DNA from: an uncultured delta proteobacterium
GTDB taxonomy: Bacteria; Myxococcota; Myxococcia; Myxococcales; Anaeromyxobacteraceae
Assembly (NCBI GenBank): GCA_963845515.1
Contig: CAWJSR010000026.1
Coordinates: 91,077-155,076, forward strand
Length of the DNA stretch: 64,000 bases
Reading direction: 5' to 3'
The position numbers and the translations under genes were made by a program. The notes beneath the pieces were generated by a model that was given only the letters and a program-made list of their open reading frames with translations, was not told the DNA's origin and did no database searches. Shown piece after piece: positions 60,352-64,000 of the stretch (the stretch's first letter is position 1; the number at the start of each line of letters is the position of its first letter).

Positions 60352-60394
60352 TGCCCGGCGCCCGCCACGTCACCTCGTCCGGGCCGGAGCGCTA

Positions 60395-62395
60395 GTGCGC
60401 CCCGGGCTCGACGACCGCTCCGCGAGGTGGATCTCCCGTCGAATCGCGTCGGTCGCCATCCTCTTCGCGCTGGGCTTCACCACCGTCCTGCTGCGAGCCA
60501 TACAGCTCCAGGTGGTCCAGCAGGTCCGGCTCGCCTCCGAGGCGCGCGACCAGTACCTCCGCCAGCTCGTGCTGAAGCCCCGGCGCGGCATGGTCACCGA
60601 CCGGACCGGCGTGCCCCTCGCCGTGAGCGCCGACGCCGAGTCCGTCTTCGCGGATCCCGAGGCCTTCGAGCGCGCCCCGACGGCAGCCGTCCAGAAGCTG
60701 GCCCGCGCGCTCGGCACCGACGCGCGGACGCTCGGCCGCAAGGTTGGGCAGCGGTCGCGCTTCGCCTGGCTCAAGCGGCGGGTCTCGCCCGCCGAGGCAG
60801 CCGCGGTCCGGAAGCTCGCCGTCCCGGGCGTCGGGCTCGTGGCGGAGAGCAAGCGCTACTACCCCAAGGGCTCGTTCGCGGCCAACCTCCTCGGCTTCGT
60901 CGGCGACGACGGCAACGGCCTCGAGGGGCTGGAGCGCGCGTTCGACGAGGTGCTCCGCGGCGAGCCGTCCCGGGTCCCGTCGCTCCGCGACGGCGCCGGC
61001 AAGACAGTCCTTCGCGACGCGCCCGACCCCGGTCGGACTCGCGAGGGAGCGCGGGTCGAGCTGACCATCGACCAGGGGCTCCAGCTCGCCACCGAGCAGG
61101 CGCTCTCGCGCGCCGTAACCGGCTCCCACGCCCTCTCCGGCATGGCGATCGCGCTCGATCCCGCCACCGGCGAGCTCCTGGCGCTCGCGACCTGGCCCAC
61201 CTTCAACCCGAACGCGCCGCGCACGGGCGAGGTGCTGAAGAACCGCGCCGTCACCGACACGTGGGAGCCGGGCTCCACCTTCAAGACCTTCGCGATCGCC
61301 GGCGCGCTGGACCGCGGCGTGCTGAAGGCCAACGACGCCATCGACTGCGGCAACGGCGAGCTGGCGATCGGCGCGCACGTCATCCATGACCACGCCGGCC
61401 TGGGCTGGGCCGGGCCCTCCAAGATCCTCGCCCTCTCCTCCAACGTCGGCGCCGCCCGGATCGGCGCCCGGCTCGGACGGGAGGGGCTGCGCGACGTGCT
61501 CGCAGCGTTCGGCTTCGGCGAGCGCACCGGCATCGGCCTCCCCGGCGAGCACCGCGGCCAGCTGCCGCCGTTCCGCTCCGACATCGCGGTCGCGACCGCA
61601 AGCTTCGGCCACGGCGTGACGGCCACCGCCCTGCAGGTCACCGCGGCGATGGGGGCGATCGCCAACGGCGGCATGCTGGTGAGGCCGCGCGTGCTGAAGC
61701 GGGTCATCGACGTCGCGAGCGGCGAGGTGCTCGAGGAGGGGCGGCCGGAGCCGGTCAGGCGCGTCGTCCAGCCAGAGGTCGCGGCCACCGTCGGGCGCTG
61801 GCTGGCCGGCGTCATCGAGCACGAGAAGGGGACCGGGCGCCGGGCGCGGCTCGACGGCTGGCGGGCAGCCGGGAAGACGGGCACGGCCCAGAAGGCGGAC
61901 GCCGTCTCCGGCGGCTACTCGGCCGACCGCCACTTCAGCTCCTTCGTCGGCTTCGCCCCGCTCGACGCGCCACGGATCGCCATCGGCGTCTTCATCGACG
62001 AGCCGAAGGGGGAGATCTACGGCGGCGAGGTGGCCGCCCCCGCCTTCAAGCAGATCGCCGAGTACGCCCTGAAGATGCTGGGCGTGCCGCCGACCGGGCC
62101 GACGCTTGCGTCGGCCGCCGAACCCGAGACGGTGGACGCGCAGGCCGACGCCGAGATCGAGCCGGATCCGCCAGCCGTGGAGCTCGCCGCCCGCGCGTCG
62201 GCCTCCGGCGAGAGCGCGGTGCCAGTCCCCACCCTCTCCGGCCTCCCCGCCCGGACGGCCATCCGGCTGCTCGAGGCGCGGGGGCTCCTCGCCGACGTGG
62301 ACGGCTCCGGGCGGGTGAAGGCCCAGTCGCCGTCGGCCGGGCGGATGGTCGATCGAGGCTCGCGGGTGCGGCTCACACTCGCCCCACCCGGGTGA
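60395..62395 (+). CDS. ftsI: class B penicillin-binding protein FtsI with C-terminal PASTA-like domain
   Basis: RRGMVTDRTG, RYYP, GLEGLE, EPGSTFK (SxxK), SSN, KTGTAQ. Confidence 0.93.
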   Translation: MRPGLDDRSARWISRRIASVAILFALGFTTVLLRAIQLQVVQQVRLASEARDQYLRQLVLKPRRGMVTDRTGVPLAVSADAESVFADPEAFERAPTAAVQKLARALGTDARTLGRKVGQRSRFAWLKRRVSPAEAAAVRKLAVPGVGLVAESKRYYPKGSFAANLLGFVGDDGNGLEGLERAFDEVLRGEPSRVPSLRDGAGKTVLRDAPDPGRTREGARVELTIDQGLQLATEQALSRAVTGSHALSGMAIALDPATGELLALATWPTFNPNAPRTGEVLKNRAVTDTWEPGSTFKTFAIAGALDRGVLKANDAIDCGNGELAIGAHVIHDHAGLGWAGPSKILALSSNVGAARIGARLGREGLRDVLAAFGFGERTGIGLPGEHRGQLPPFRSDIAVATASFGHGVTATALQVTAAMGAIANGGMLVRPRVLKRVIDVASGEVLEEGRPEPVRRVVQPEVAATVGRWLAGVIEHEKGTGRRARLDGWRAAGKTGTAQKADAVSGGYSADRHFSSFVGFAPLDAPRIAIGVFIDEPKGEIYGGEVAAPAFKQIAEYALKMLGVPPTGPTLASAAEPETVDAQADAEIEPDPPAVELAARASASGESAVPVPTLSGLPARTAIRLLEARGLLADVDGSGRVKAQSPSAGRMVDRGSRVRLTLAPPG

Positions 62396-62465
62396 TATTG
62401 TGCGCCGGCGCGCAGGCCCGCCGTGCCGCCGGACCGAAGACCAGGGGCGCGAGGCCACGACGGAA

Positions 62466-64000
62466 ATGACTCTCTCCAAGGTGATCGATGGTACCGGCGC
62501 GATGGGCCCTCTCGGCGAGGACCCTGAGGTCCTGCGCGTCACCGGAGACTCCCGCGAGGTCGAGCCTGGAACGGTCTTCTTCGCCCTGCCCGGCGTGAAG
62601 GCCGACGGTCACGACTTCGCCGCGGAGGCCGCCCGGCGCGGCGCCGTCGCGGTGGTCGCGGAGCGACGGGTGGACTGTGCTCCCGCGCTCCTCCTGCTCG
62701 CGCCTTCAGCCCGCCGCGCCATGGCGGTCGGCGCCGCCAACTTCCACGGCCGGCCCGGCGACGCGCTGCAGCTCGCCGGCGTGACCGGCACCAACGGCAA
62801 GACCACCGTCACCTACCTGGTCGAGGCCTGCGCGCGGGCCGCCTCCCTGCCGATCGGCGTCATGGGCACAGTGACGCATCGCTTCCCGGGCGTCGTTCGC
62901 GCCGCGGGCCACACGACGCCGGAGTCGACCACGATCCAGGCGCTCCTCGCGGAGATGAGGGCGGCGGGCGCGAAGGCGGCGGTGCTCGAGGTCTCCTCCC
63001 ACGCGCTCGCGCAGGAGCGGGTCGCCGGGATGCACTTCGCCGTCGCCGGCTTCACCAACCTCACGCGCGACCACCTCGACTACCACGGCGACATGGACGG
63101 CTACTTCGCGGCGAAGCGCCGTCTCTTCGCCGAGCACCTCGTCCCCGGCGGCACCGCCGTCGTGAACGTCCGCGATCCCTGGGGGGTGAAGCTCGCGGAC
63201 GAGCTCGGGCCAGGCCGGCGGCTCTGGCGCTGCGGAACGCGCGGCGAGGACGCGCTCAGGCCGCTCTCCGTCCGAACGGGCCTCGATGGGATCGAGGCGC
63301 GCTTCGCGACCCCCGGCGGCGAGCTCGCCATCCACTCCCCCCTGGTCGGCGCCCACAACGTCGAGAACCTCCTCCTCGCCGCCGGCATGGCGCTGGCCCT
63401 CGGCCTGCCGCCGGCTGCGATCGAGCGCGGCCTCTCCGAGTGCGCGGGTGCGCCCGGCAGGCTCGAGCGGATCGCCGCCCGCGGGGTGACCGTCTTCGTC
63501 GACTACGCCCACACCGACGACGCGCTCTCCCACGTCCTCGCCGCGCTGCGCGCCCTCTCCCCGCGCCGGCTCCTCTGCGTCTTCGGGTGTGGCGGCGACC
63601 GCGACCGCGGCAAGCGCCCGCTCATGGGACTGGCCGCGGGGCGCGGCGCGGACCTCGTCCTGGTGACGAGCGACAACCCCCGGACCGAGGACCCCGGCGC
63701 CATCATCGCCGAGATCGTCCCGGGCCTCGTGGAGGCCTCGGTCGCGCCGATCGATCGCGCGGCCGCGCTCCGCGGCGAGCGCGGCTACCTCGTCGAGGCC
63801 GATCGGCGCGCCGCCATCCGGCTCGCGGTCGAGTCCGCTCGCGAGGGCGACGCGGTCCTGGTCGCCGGCAAGGGGCACGAGGACTACCAGCTCATCGGCG
63901 CGGTGAAGCGGCACTTCGACGACCGCGAAGAGGCGCGCGCCGCCCTGGGGGTCGCGTCGAGCGCGCCGCGCTTCAACCACTGCGAGCTGGCCGGCGTCAC
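62466..64000 (+). CDS. murE: UDP-MurNAc-tripeptide synthetase MurE (meso-DAP type); no stop in window, reads into murF-like sequence
   Basis: Manual translation: GVTGTNGKTT, HTTPES, EVSSHAL, FTNLTRDHLDYH, VDYAHT, GCGGDRD, SDNPR, GKGHE. Absent from the ORF track. Confidence 0.93.
   Translation, partial: MTLSKVIDGTGAMGPLGEDPEVLRVTGDSREVEPGTVFFALPGVKADGHDFAAEAARRGAVAVVAERRVDCAPALLLLAPSARRAMAVGAANFHGRPGDALQLAGVTGTNGKTTVTYLVEACARAASLPIGVMGTVTHRFPGVVRAAGHTTPESTTIQALLAEMRAAGAKAAVLEVSSHALAQERVAGMHFAVAGFTNLTRDHLDYHGDMDGYFAAKRRLFAEHLVPGGTAVVNVRDPWGVKLADELGPGRRLWRCGTRGEDALRPLSVRTGLDGIEARFATPGGELAIHSPLVGAHNVENLLLAAGMALALGLPPAAIERGLSECAGAPGRLERIAARGVTVFVDYAHTDDALSHVLAALRALSPRRLLCVFGCGGDRDRGKRPLMGLAAGRGADLVLVTSDNPRTEDPGAIIAEIVPGLVEASVAPIDRAAALRGERGYLVEADRRAAIRLAVESAREGDAVLVAGKGHEDYQLIGAVKRHFDDREEARAALGVASSAPRFNHCELAGV

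Overview
Very GC-rich bacterial chromosomal DNA. The gene set (Ser/Thr kinase-PEGA plus FHA, PilZ-receiver, multiheme cytochrome, dcw cluster layout) suggests an Anaeromyxobacter-like member of Myxococcota (inference). 1-16.7 kb is an organic-acid uptake cluster: three tandem CBS/DUF294 nucleotidyltransferase-like paralogs, lutB flanked by tiny lutA/lutC remnants, two small-subunit + Na+/solute symporter (ActP-type) pairs, nhaD, an MHS-type MFS transporter and a kinase-USP/metallophosphoesterase pair. 16.7-33.6 kb holds sulfur, RNA and nucleoside genes, a frameshifted ~15-heme cytochrome, an internally duplicated His-motif lipoprotein, and a hidden selenocysteine (in-frame UGA + SECIS-like hairpin) peroxiredoxin. 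33.6-55 kb holds two-component genes, bioH-bioC with a BirA-like operator, trpB2, amtB and two HtrA-like proteases. 55.2-57 kb has a DUF559 endonuclease gene embedded in palindromic REP-like repeats (apparently inserted into a hairpin with a target duplication) and a VapBC-type TA pair inside 77-bp inverted repeats. 58-64 kb is the dcw cluster start (mraZ, STAS-like gene, rsmH, ftsL, ftsI, murE reading in frame into murF-like sequence). Two families of dispersed structured intergenic repeats are present. About a dozen single-base frameshifts suggest residual sequencing indels. I saw no rRNA, tRNA, CRISPR array or transposase. All family assignments come from motif recognition, not database searches.
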